Below, piece after piece: positions 55,877 through 64,000 of a stretch of DNA of 64,000 bases (positions are counted from its first letter, which is position 1; every line of letters starts with the position of its first letter). The translations under genes and the position numbers were made by a program. The notes under the pieces were generated by a model. It was not told the origin of the DNA. It was given only the letters and a program-made list of their open reading frames with translations, and did no database searches. This DNA is from Alphaproteobacteria bacterium (lineage in GTDB: Bacteria; Pseudomonadota; Alphaproteobacteria; UBA828; JAPUJA01). The stretch spans positions 11,783 to 75,782 of the forward strand of contig CAVOEB010000004.1 in the NCBI GenBank assembly GCA_963694715.1, written 5' to 3'.

Positions 55877-56809
55877 TCACGCCTTGCGGATCACATCCAG
55901 ATGCTTCGCAAAATCCTCGCGGTTCATGATCGCCTGGCAGCGGGTGAAGCGGTCCATGGCGTAGTCCCAGTAACTCGCGAAATGGTAGGCGGGCGTCGGG
56001 TTTTTGTTGATTTGCTGGAGCACGCCCCAGAGCGTCCAGAGCAGGAACGCCATGGCCTTGTAGACCACCATGCGCGCGCGCATGGACTCCGTCACCTCGC
56101 CCTTGCAGTAGGCGCCGAGGAACATTTCATCCTGCTCGTCCGAGAAATCCGCCTCGATGGAAAAGTCGGCGAGGTCCCAATAGGGATCGTTGTTGCCCGC
56201 AAATTCCCAGTCGAGGACGTAGGCGCGTTTCCCCGTATAGACGAGATTTTCGGGTGCGGGATCGTTGTTGCACGGGCTAAGCGGGAAGTCGGCGGCGTCG
56301 AGCAGCTCTTTGACGATCAGCGCTTTCTTCGCCACTTCGTGATACCCGTCGGGAAGCTTCGCACCACGCTTTTCCAGCACGTCGAGATATGCCTTTTGCT
56401 TGTCGAACATGTAGAAGCGCCCGAGAAACGGCGTGCCGCAATTATGTAGGCGGTAAAACGCCTCCGCCGCGAGACGGAGCGCTTTCGGGTCGGAAAGGAT
56501 TTCCGGGTCCATGGGCACCGAGCCCGCGATGAACTTGGTAACTTGGGTGCCCGTGGGGCGATCATAATAGAGCAGGGTCGCGCCGACATCTGCGTCCGAG
56601 GTGACGTGGGCGGCCTGCTCGTCGGCGTCGCGGTCGATATATTCCTCCGTCCCTTCACCAGCGATGCGCAGCACGTAGCTCATCCCGTCGACGGTGATTT
56701 TGAAGTTACGGTTGGTCATGCCGGCCATCTGCTCGATCTCGGCCCGGGCCGCCTGTTCGGCGGTCAGGGTACCGGTTTCGACGATGCGGCTGCGGGCCTG
56801 GTCCAGCAT
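55877..56809 (-). CDS. Choline/ethanolamine kinase-family phosphotransferase
   Basis: AGMTNRNF, YVLRIAG, CNNDPAPEN (Brenner-like), LDWEFAGNNDPYWDLA. Confidence 0.85.
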   Translation of the reverse strand: MLDQARSRIVETGTLTAEQAARAEIEQMAGMTNRNFKITVDGMSYVLRIAGEGTEEYIDRDADEQAAHVTSDADVGATLLYYDRPTGTQVTKFIAGSVPMDPEILSDPKALRLAAEAFYRLHNCGTPFLGRFYMFDKQKAYLDVLEKRGAKLPDGYHEVAKKALIVKELLDAADFPLSPCNNDPAPENLVYTGKRAYVLDWEFAGNNDPYWDLADFSIEADFSDEQDEMFLGAYCKGEVTESMRARMVVYKAMAFLLWTLWGVLQQINKNPTPAYHFASYWDYAMDRFTRCQAIMNREDFAKHLDVIRKA

Positions 56810-56837
56810 AGGGGGCTCTCTCTTCGGGTTCGGGGGG

Positions 56838-59249
56838 TTAGCTGAGAATGCGGCTTCGCGCGGGATCGTAGAGCGGTTCGGGCGCCCGGGTCGCGGGGAA
56901 GGTCTCGGCGTAGGCTTCGATCTCGTAGTCGGAATGTCCGGCTTCCTCGCTGGGAACGTAGCCCATTACAATGGGCTTGCCGACGGTGTGGCCGAAATCC
57001 GCGCTCGAGGTCACGCCCAGCACCTTTCCCTGACGCGAAATGCATTCGCCGCCGAAGACATGGGCATCGCCCTCGATGGTGAAGGTGCAAAGCCGCTGGT
57101 CGGGGCCTTCTTCGCGGACTTTTTCCAGCGCCTCGCGGCCGATGAAATCGCCCTTCTTGCGAGAGACTAGCCCGCCCAACCCGGCGTGGAACGGCGTGTA
57201 ATCGGGTGAGATCTCCGCCGCCCAGGCGACATAGCCCTTTTCCATGCGGAGCGAATTGAGCGCGCGATAGCCGACATTGGCGAGGCCCAGATCCTGGCCT
57301 GCTTGCCACAGGGTGTCGTAGACGTGGGCGGCGAACTCGCTGGGCACGTGCAGCTCGTAGCCCAGCTCGCCGGAATAGGAAAGGCGGACGGCCAGCGCGC
57401 GGGCCGAACCGACGGTGACTTCCTTGCAGCGGGCGTACGCCAGCGCGTCGTTCGAGAGGCCGCCGTCGACGACTTTCTCTAGCAACGCGCGGGAGCTCGG
57501 GCCGCAGACGTGGAGCACGGCGAAGGCGGAAGTCGCGTCGAAGGTAGTGACCGAGCCGTCATTTGGCAGGTGACGGTGGATCCAGTCGAAGTCGTGGGCG
57601 CCGAACGCGGTACCCGTGACGACGTAGAAGCGGTCCTCAGCCAGCCGGCAGATGGTGAGATCAGCTTCGATGCCGCCCCGCTCGTTGCAGAATTGGGTAT
57701 AGACCGCGGTACCGTCGGGCTTGTCGAGGTTTGCGGCCGCGAGGTTTTGCAGTGCGGCGAAGGCGCCCGGCCCGCGCACCTCGAGCTTGGCGAACGAGGT
57801 CTGGTCGATAATGCCGACGGCCTCGCGCACGGCACGGCATTCGCCGGCGACTGCATCGAACCAGTTGCCCCGCTGGAAGGAGTGGACGTCCTTTGCTTCC
57901 GTGCCTTCGGGCGCGAACCAGTTGGCTCGTTCCCAACCCGCCTTGGAGCCGAACACGGCGCGCTTCTCCTTGAGTTGGGCATAAAGAGGGCTCTTGCGGA
58001 CGCCGCGCGTGGTGTCGTGCTCCTCGAGCGGGTATTTCAGCGTGTAGTGCTTGCCGTAGAGCTCGACGGCGCGGGGGTACATGAAGGCCTTGGCGTTGTG
58101 GTGGGGGTAGAAGCGGCGGATGTCGAGGGACCAGAGGTCGAGGCTGGGTCGGCCGTCGATGATCCACTCGGCCATCATCTCGCCCGCACCACCACCACCG
58201 GCGATGCCATAGAGAAAGCCCGTCGAGACAAAGAAGTTGTCGAGTTCGTTGGCCTTGCCCATGACGAAATCGCCGTCCGCGGAATAGGGGATAGGGCCGT
58301 TCAGCAGCTGGCGCACGCCGACCTCGTTGATTATCGGGGTGCGCGAGGCCGCGCGCTCCGCCCAGGGCGAGAAGCGCTCCCAGTTCTCGGGCAGTAGCTG
58401 CTGTGCGAAGTCCTCGGGCACGCCGTTCTCGCCGAACGGGATGGTGTTGTCCTCCCAGGCGCCGACCACCATGCCGCGGACCTCGGGCTTCCAGTAAATC
58501 GAGATGTCCGGGTCGCGCACCGAGGGCATGTTGTCGGGCAGCTCGCCGGGCAGCGGGTCGGTAATCAGATACTGGTGTTCGAGCGCGCAGGCCGGCACCG
58601 CGACGCCGACCATCTCGCCGATATGACGGCCCCACATGCCGGCGCAATTGACCACGCTCTCGCAGGTAACAGTGCCCTGCTCGGTAATGACCTCGGTGAT
58701 GCGGCGATCCTTTACGGTCATGCCCGTGACTCGGACACCCTGCTTGATGGTGGCCCCGTGCATGCGCGCACCGGCGGCGAGCGCCTGGGTCAGGCTCGCG
58801 GGGTCGGCGGTGCCGTCGGAGGGCACGTAGATCGAACCCTCGACGCCCTCAAGGCTCATGATCGGGAAGAGATCGCGGGTTTCCTCCGCCGTCAGAAGAT
58901 GCATTTCGAGGCCGTAACTCTTGGCCAGGCTCATCTGGCGCTTGAACTCGAACATCCGCTCGGGCGACGAGGCGATGCGCAAGGACCCGTGGCGTTTCCA
59001 GTCGGTCGACTGGCCGGTCTCGGCCTCGATCTCCTCGTAGAGCGCGGTGGAGCGCTGGAGCATGCGGGTGGTGTTTCGCGAGGGACGGAGCTGGCCGATG
59101 ATGCCCGCCGCGTGCCAGGTCGCGCCCTGGGTGAGCCCCGCCTTTTCCAACAGCAGGACGTCTTTCTTGCCGTTTTTAGCCAGGTGATAGGCGACGGAGC
59201 AACCGATGACACCGCCCCCGATGACGACGATTTCCGCGTGGCCTCGCAT
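56838..59249 (-). CDS. GcvT-family FAD-dependent oxidoreductase (dimethylglycine/sarcosine dehydrogenase-like)
   Basis: IGGGVIG, GATWHAAG, GWERANWF, SYSGELGYELH, SLRMEKGY. Confidence 0.9.
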   Translation of the reverse strand: MRGHAEIVVIGGGVIGCSVAYHLAKNGKKDVLLLEKAGLTQGATWHAAGIIGQLRPSRNTTRMLQRSTALYEEIEAETGQSTDWKRHGSLRIASSPERMFEFKRQMSLAKSYGLEMHLLTAEETRDLFPIMSLEGVEGSIYVPSDGTADPASLTQALAAGARMHGATIKQGVRVTGMTVKDRRITEVITEQGTVTCESVVNCAGMWGRHIGEMVGVAVPACALEHQYLITDPLPGELPDNMPSVRDPDISIYWKPEVRGMVVGAWEDNTIPFGENGVPEDFAQQLLPENWERFSPWAERAASRTPIINEVGVRQLLNGPIPYSADGDFVMGKANELDNFFVSTGFLYGIAGGGGAGEMMAEWIIDGRPSLDLWSLDIRRFYPHHNAKAFMYPRAVELYGKHYTLKYPLEEHDTTRGVRKSPLYAQLKEKRAVFGSKAGWERANWFAPEGTEAKDVHSFQRGNWFDAVAGECRAVREAVGIIDQTSFAKLEVRGPGAFAALQNLAAANLDKPDGTAVYTQFCNERGGIEADLTICRLAEDRFYVVTGTAFGAHDFDWIHRHLPNDGSVTTFDATSAFAVLHVCGPSSRALLEKVVDGGLSNDALAYARCKEVTVGSARALAVRLSYSGELGYELHVPSEFAAHVYDTLWQAGQDLGLANVGYRALNSLRMEKGYVAWAAEISPDYTPFHAGLGGLVSRKKGDFIGREALEKVREEGPDQRLCTFTIEGDAHVFGGECISRQGKVLGVTSSADFGHTVGKPIVMGYVPSEEAGHSDYEIEAYAETFPATRAPEPLYDPARSRILS

Positions 59250-59373
59250 GGTTTCTCTCCCTTCGGGCGCGTCAAAAAAACTAGCAGCCCTGAACCGGGC
59301 CGAGTGATAGCACACGGACCGGGTCGGGCCAATTGATCGGGAGCAAGCCGGGCGCGAATTCGGGGTCTTTTTT

Positions 59374-60129
59374 TTAGTGGGTAAATTGCTTCACGCGCTT
59401 GGCTGCTTCGGGGTCGAGAAAGGCGCGCACGGTAGCGTCGGCCTCAAGTGCGATCGCGCCTTCGATGTCGATGCCGCCCGCGCGGTTGAGGACGCGCTTG
59501 AGATCGCGCACTGCGCCGTGGGGCAGCTCGGCGATGCGATTTGCCGCAGCCGCCGCCTCGTCGAAGACGGCATCGTCCGGGACCGCCTTCCAGGCGAGAC
59601 CCATCTCGACAAGCTGGGCGGCGGTGTATCTCTCGGCGAACAGGAACATCTCGCGGGCCTTGGGCAGGCCGACCGAGCGGGGCAACAATGTGGTCGCCGC
59701 CCCGGTGGGAAACAGGCCCCAGGTGATCTCGGGAAAGAAGCAGCGGGTCGATTGGGCGAGCACCGCGAGATCGCAGTCGATCACCCATTCGAAGCCGCCG
59801 CCGACCGCCCAGCCGTGGATCGCGCCGACAACCATTTTTTCGCCGAGCACGAGTTGGCGGGTGATGACCTGGATCGAATCGACATAGGCTCGCGCGATCG
59901 TCTCGCCGCCGGTCTGATCGGCAAAGTCCTTGAGGTCGTCGCCGGCGCAAAACGCCCGGCCCGCGCCGCGCAGCAAGATCACCCGGACGCTATCGTCGGT
60001 CGCCGCGGCGTCAAGGGCGGCGGCAAAATCGGCCAGCAGCTCGCCGTTGAGCGCATTCAGCCGCTCGGGCCGGTTCAGCGTAAGCGTGCGCACGCCGTTT
60101 GCGTCGTCGGTCAGCACCGTTCCCGTCAT
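59374..60129 (-). CDS. Enoyl-CoA hydratase/isomerase family protein
   Basis: LNRPERLNAL, AFCAGDDL, AVGGGFE, FPEITWG. Confidence 0.9.
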   Translation of the reverse strand: MTGTVLTDDANGVRTLTLNRPERLNALNGELLADFAAALDAAATDDSVRVILLRGAGRAFCAGDDLKDFADQTGGETIARAYVDSIQVITRQLVLGEKMVVGAIHGWAVGGGFEWVIDCDLAVLAQSTRCFFPEITWGLFPTGAATTLLPRSVGLPKAREMFLFAERYTAAQLVEMGLAWKAVPDDAVFDEAAAAANRIAELPHGAVRDLKRVLNRAGGIDIEGAIALEADATVRAFLDPEAAKRVKQFTH

Positions 60130-60147
60130 GGCGATTGTTCCTCTCTC

Positions 60148-61704
60148 TCAGATGGTGCGTGCCCGGCCCTGCCAGAAGCGATCGCGGATCTTGCGTTTGA
60201 GAACCTTGCCGGTGTTACTGCGTGGCAGCTCATCCCAAAACTCGACGGATTTGGGTGCTTTTACGCTGCCGATCCGCTCCTTGCACAGCGCGATGATGTC
60301 CTCAGGGTTGGCGTGCTGGTGGGGCTTGAGCTCGACCACCGCCTTAACCGCCTCACCCCACTTCTCGTCGGGCACCCCAACCACTGCGCAATCCTGCACC
60401 GCGGGATGGCCGAGCACGGCCTTCTCGACCTCGGTGGAATAGATATTAAAGCCGCCGCTGATGATCATGTCCTTCTTACGGTCGACAAGATAGAGGTAGC
60501 CATCCTCGTCCTGGTAGCCGATGTCACCGGTAAGGTGCCAGCCGTCGCGGCTTGCGGTTTCGGTGGCGTCGGGATCGTTGACGTAGCCCACCATCACGAG
60601 GTCGCCGCGCACCGCGACCTCGCCCGTCTCACCAGCGGTAACCGGCTTGGCGTCTTCGTCGACCAGGCGGAGTTCGACGGCGGTGGTCGGGCGACCGCAG
60701 CTCCACAGCCGTTTCTCGCGCGTTGGGTCGCCGATTGCAAGATGGTCGGCGGGCGGCAGGATGGCCATGTACATGGGCACCTCGGCCTGGCCATAAACCT
60801 GCATCATGACGGGGCCGAAAATCTCGAGCGCCTCCTTAAGCTTGTCGACGGACATGGGTGCCGCCGCGTAAATGAAATACTCGAGTGAGGCGTAATCGAA
60901 CTCGCGCACCCGGGGGTGGGCGAGCAGCATGTAGATCACGGTCGGCGGCAGGAACAGGTGGGTAACCCGGTGGCGCTCGATCGCCTGGAGGATGGCGAGC
61001 GGGTCAGGGCGGGCGAGGATGACCTGGGTGCCCGCCGCCTGCATCAGCGGCCAGGCGACGGCGCCGGCGGCGTGGGTCATGGGCGCGGCGACAAGGTGAA
61101 CCGGCGGCGTCTTGGTAGGCATGTATTGCCATTGGGTTCGGCCATAGGTCTCGCAGGTCCGGTTGGTCCAGGCGCAGCCCTTGGGTTTTCCGGTGGTGCC
61201 ACTCGACGAGAAGACGATGGCGAGGCGGTCGGGATCGTCGGGCCGGTCGCTAAATTCGCTTGCGCCACGGGTCGCAAGCTCGTCGAGCGACGCGTGCTCG
61301 CCCTCGACACGATCGAGGCAGACGGCATGATGGATGCCGGGTGCGTGCTTGAGCAGGCCCGCAATTTTGTTGGCGAAACTGCTGTGATAAAACAGCCACT
61401 CGCAGCCGGTACGGTCGAGGAGGTGGCCGTTTTCCTCGACCACGTTGCGGGCGTTGAGCGGCACCCAGGCGGCACCGGCGCGGAAGATGCCGAAGACAGC
61501 CATGAAGGCACGTAGGTCGTTCGGACTGTAGACGGCGACCGGTGCGTTGTCGGAGAGACCCGTAGCGGCCATGGCTGACGCGATCTGCCGAGAGAGAGTG
61601 GCAGCTTCAGCGTAACTGACGCCGCCACCACCATCCGCGTCAACCAGGGCCGGGCGGTCCGGCGCACGTTGCGCGCCTGCGTCGAGATAGTCGATCAGCC
61701 GCAT
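60148..61704 (-). CDS. Acyl-CoA synthetase (AMP-binding)
   Basis: SSGTTGKPKG, YGQAE, TGDIG, DMIISGGFN, GKVLK. Confidence 0.92.
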   Translation of the reverse strand: MRLIDYLDAGAQRAPDRPALVDADGGGGVSYAEAATLSRQIASAMAATGLSDNAPVAVYSPNDLRAFMAVFGIFRAGAAWVPLNARNVVEENGHLLDRTGCEWLFYHSSFANKIAGLLKHAPGIHHAVCLDRVEGEHASLDELATRGASEFSDRPDDPDRLAIVFSSSGTTGKPKGCAWTNRTCETYGRTQWQYMPTKTPPVHLVAAPMTHAAGAVAWPLMQAAGTQVILARPDPLAILQAIERHRVTHLFLPPTVIYMLLAHPRVREFDYASLEYFIYAAAPMSVDKLKEALEIFGPVMMQVYGQAEVPMYMAILPPADHLAIGDPTREKRLWSCGRPTTAVELRLVDEDAKPVTAGETGEVAVRGDLVMVGYVNDPDATETASRDGWHLTGDIGYQDEDGYLYLVDRKKDMIISGGFNIYSTEVEKAVLGHPAVQDCAVVGVPDEKWGEAVKAVVELKPHQHANPEDIIALCKERIGSVKAPKSVEFWDELPRSNTGKVLKRKIRDRFWQGRARTI

Positions 61705-61948
61705 GCCGTCTCCTGATTTAGCACGGGGCCATGGACGCGCCCCGGCTAGTCGAGACTAGACGGCCGGAAGAGCGCTATCAACGGTTCGATGGCGAGTTCG
61801 GAAGTGGAGGCATTGCGCCGTTGCCCGCAGGGTGGGCGACGGGGCCCTGGCCGGAGTGGGGTTCAGACGGGTCTTGCCTGACGCAGCGAATAGCCCATAG
61901 TCGGATGGATGGTTGCCGAGAGATTGCGTACGTAAAGGCTGATCCTCA

Positions 61949-63913
61949 ATGAGCGCGTCGTTCCCGAATCTCTTTGCGCCGCTTGAGATCGGCGCCATGA
62001 CCGCCAAGAACCGGATGTTTCTCTCCGGTCACCAGACCCTGCTGGTCAAGAACGCGGTGTCGGGCCCGGATCACGTTGCTTATTACGAGGCGCGTGCGGC
62101 CGGCGGTGTCGGGCTCATCATCATCGAAGTCGCTACGGTGCATGACAGCATTGTCCATTTCGCGGGCGGTACGATCGATGCCAGCAAGGACGCCTGTATC
62201 GCGGGCTATCGGCTGATCGCGGAAGCGTTGGCGCCGCACGATTGCCGTGCCGTGGCACAGTTGTTTCATCCGGGTCGGCAGCTCTATGACAGTGTCGATG
62301 GCAGCGCGCCGGTGGCTTATGCGCCCTCGGCGGTGCCCGACGAACGTTTCCACATCGTGCCCCGGCCGCTCAGCCAGCCAATGATCCAGAGCATTGTCGC
62401 AGGCTTTGGCGACGCTGCCCGGCGGGTCGAGGCGAGCGGCATCGACGGCGTCGAGATCGTTGCCTCGCATGGCTATCTGCCAGTCCAGTTCCTCAATCCC
62501 CAGCTCAATCTGCGGAGCGACGACTACGGCGGAAATTTTGATAATCGCCTACGTTTCCTGCGCGAGGTCATTGCGGATATTCGCGCCAAGACCAGTCTGG
62601 CGTTTACTGTGGGCATGCGGATTTCAGCCGACGATCTGAGCCCCGACGGGCTCGATCTCGAAGCGGTGACGGAGATCTGTGTGGCGCTCGACGGCGAAGG
62701 CGCGCTGGACTATTTTCACGTCACCGCAGGCACCGCGTCGAGCCTCACGGGTTCGACCCATATCGTGCCGCCGATGTTTCACGATACCGGCTACACGGCG
62801 CCGTTGGCGGAAGCAGTGCGCGCCCGCGTCGAGCGCCCGGTGTTTATCGCCGGGCGCATCAACCAGCCCCAGATCGCCGAAGACATCCTCGCCTCGGGGC
62901 AGGCGGATATGTGCTGCGTAACGCGCGCGATGATCAGCGACCCGGAGATGCCAAACAAGGCGAAGGCCGGCGCGCTCGACGATATCCGGGCCTGCATCGC
63001 GTGTAACCAGGCCTGCATTGGCCACGCGCTGCGGGGCTTTCCGCTCTCATGTATCCAGCACCCAGAATCGGGCCGCGAGCTGGCCTATGGTCGACGCGAG
63101 CCGGCTGATACGCCGCGTCGCGTGATCGTTGTAGGCGGCGGGCCGGGTGGCATGAAGGCGGCCTGCGTTGCCGCCGAGCGCGGTCACCGGGTCACGCTGT
63201 TCGAGAGCGCAAGCCGGCTGGGCGGACAGGTGCTGCTGGCCCAGGGACTTCCGGGCCGAGCCGAATTTGGCGGTCTCGTGACGAATTTTACCCGCGAGCT
63301 GGAGCGAGCCGGGGTCGAGGTAGTGCTCGAGCGCGAGGTCAGCCGGGCGCTGATCGACGACGAAGCGCCCGACGCCGTGATCCTGGCGACGGGCGGGCGC
63401 GCCCGGGCCACGTCGCTCAAGAATTGTGAGGGTGCCCATGTGGTCGATGGCTGGGACGTGGTCGCGGGTCGGGCCAATGTCGGGCAATCGGTGGTCATCG
63501 CGGATTCTCGCGCCGACTGGGTCGGTCTCGGCTTGGCCGAAAAACTGGCCCGCGACGGTTGCCGGGTGCGGCTATGCGTCAATGGCTACATGGCGGGGCA
63601 GATGATCCAGCAATATGTCCGCGATATGTGGTTGGGCAAGCTCAATTCTCTGGACGTGGAGATCGTACCCATGAGCCGGCTGTTCGGCGCTGACAGCGGC
63701 AGCGTCTATCTGCAGCACACCATGAGCGGCGAGGCCCTTATTTACGACGATGTCGATACTCTGGTGATGGCTGCGCCGGCGGAGCCGAACAGCGAGCTGG
63801 AAGCGATGCTCGACGGGATCGCGGCGGAGATCCATGTGATTGGAGATTGTCTCGCACCGCGCACGGCCGAAGAGGCAATTTTGGAAGGGTTACGGGCAGG
63901 CCTTGCCGTTTAA
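61949..63913 (+). CDS. OYE-family NADH:flavin oxidoreductase with 4Fe-4S and FAD domains (DgcA/StcD-like)
   Basis: HGYL, NLRSDDYGG, CIACNQACIG, VGGGPGG, IGDCLAPR. Confidence 0.88.
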   Translation: MSASFPNLFAPLEIGAMTAKNRMFLSGHQTLLVKNAVSGPDHVAYYEARAAGGVGLIIIEVATVHDSIVHFAGGTIDASKDACIAGYRLIAEALAPHDCRAVAQLFHPGRQLYDSVDGSAPVAYAPSAVPDERFHIVPRPLSQPMIQSIVAGFGDAARRVEASGIDGVEIVASHGYLPVQFLNPQLNLRSDDYGGNFDNRLRFLREVIADIRAKTSLAFTVGMRISADDLSPDGLDLEAVTEICVALDGEGALDYFHVTAGTASSLTGSTHIVPPMFHDTGYTAPLAEAVRARVERPVFIAGRINQPQIAEDILASGQADMCCVTRAMISDPEMPNKAKAGALDDIRACIACNQACIGHALRGFPLSCIQHPESGRELAYGRREPADTPRRVIVVGGGPGGMKAACVAAERGHRVTLFESASRLGGQVLLAQGLPGRAEFGGLVTNFTRELERAGVEVVLEREVSRALIDDEAPDAVILATGGRARATSLKNCEGAHVVDGWDVVAGRANVGQSVVIADSRADWVGLGLAEKLARDGCRVRLCVNGYMAGQMIQQYVRDMWLGKLNSLDVEIVPMSRLFGADSGSVYLQHTMSGEALIYDDVDTLVMAAPAEPNSELEAMLDGIAAEIHVIGDCLAPRTAEEAILEGLRAGLAV

Positions 63914-64000
63914 GCCGCGTGCCGTTTCGCCGGACCGCTTCGCCTGAGCGTGCGGTGTGGCCTAGCCCTGTTGCGCCAGACCCTGGTCGGGGCCAGAGCC

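Overview
GC-rich alphaproteobacterial chromosome segment. The assignment rests on a permuted two-piece tmRNA, an alpha-type SspB, a CtrA-type box and the gene order; it looks Rhodospirillales-like. About 6-33 kb is housekeeping backbone: carbonic anhydrase, class I fumarase, sspB, ssrA, thyX, mrp/apbC, hflKC-degP, DUF1015, miaA, ilvIHC, leuA and mreBCD-mrdA-rodA. It is flanked by accessory catabolic blocks. The left block has an acyl-CoA ligase, a GST, a hydrolase, two tandem PhyH-type Fe/2OG dioxygenases and an LLM monooxygenase. The right block starts after tRNA-Lys(CTT) with an LLM, an esterase, three SDRs, two glutamine-synthetase-like glutamylases, an uncharacterised Cys-rich protein, ribBX and a flavin reductase. 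It continues with soxBDAG-sdaA, a choline/ethanolamine kinase-like gene with a GcvT-family dehydrogenase, an enoyl-CoA hydratase, an acyl-CoA ligase and an OYE-family oxidoreductase. Most notable are: (1) a putative amine gamma-glutamylation pathway built around the unknown Cys-motif protein and lacking the usual PuuD-type hydrolase; (2) a candidate CtrA-controlled multi-hairpin sRNA between ilvC and leuA; (3) a modular intergenic hairpin repeat family with six partial copies and a compensatory base change; (4) DUF1015 in a serB-like position; (5) about nine decayed genes, including all three HTH-type regulators. Family assignments come from motif recognition by eye, with no database searches run.
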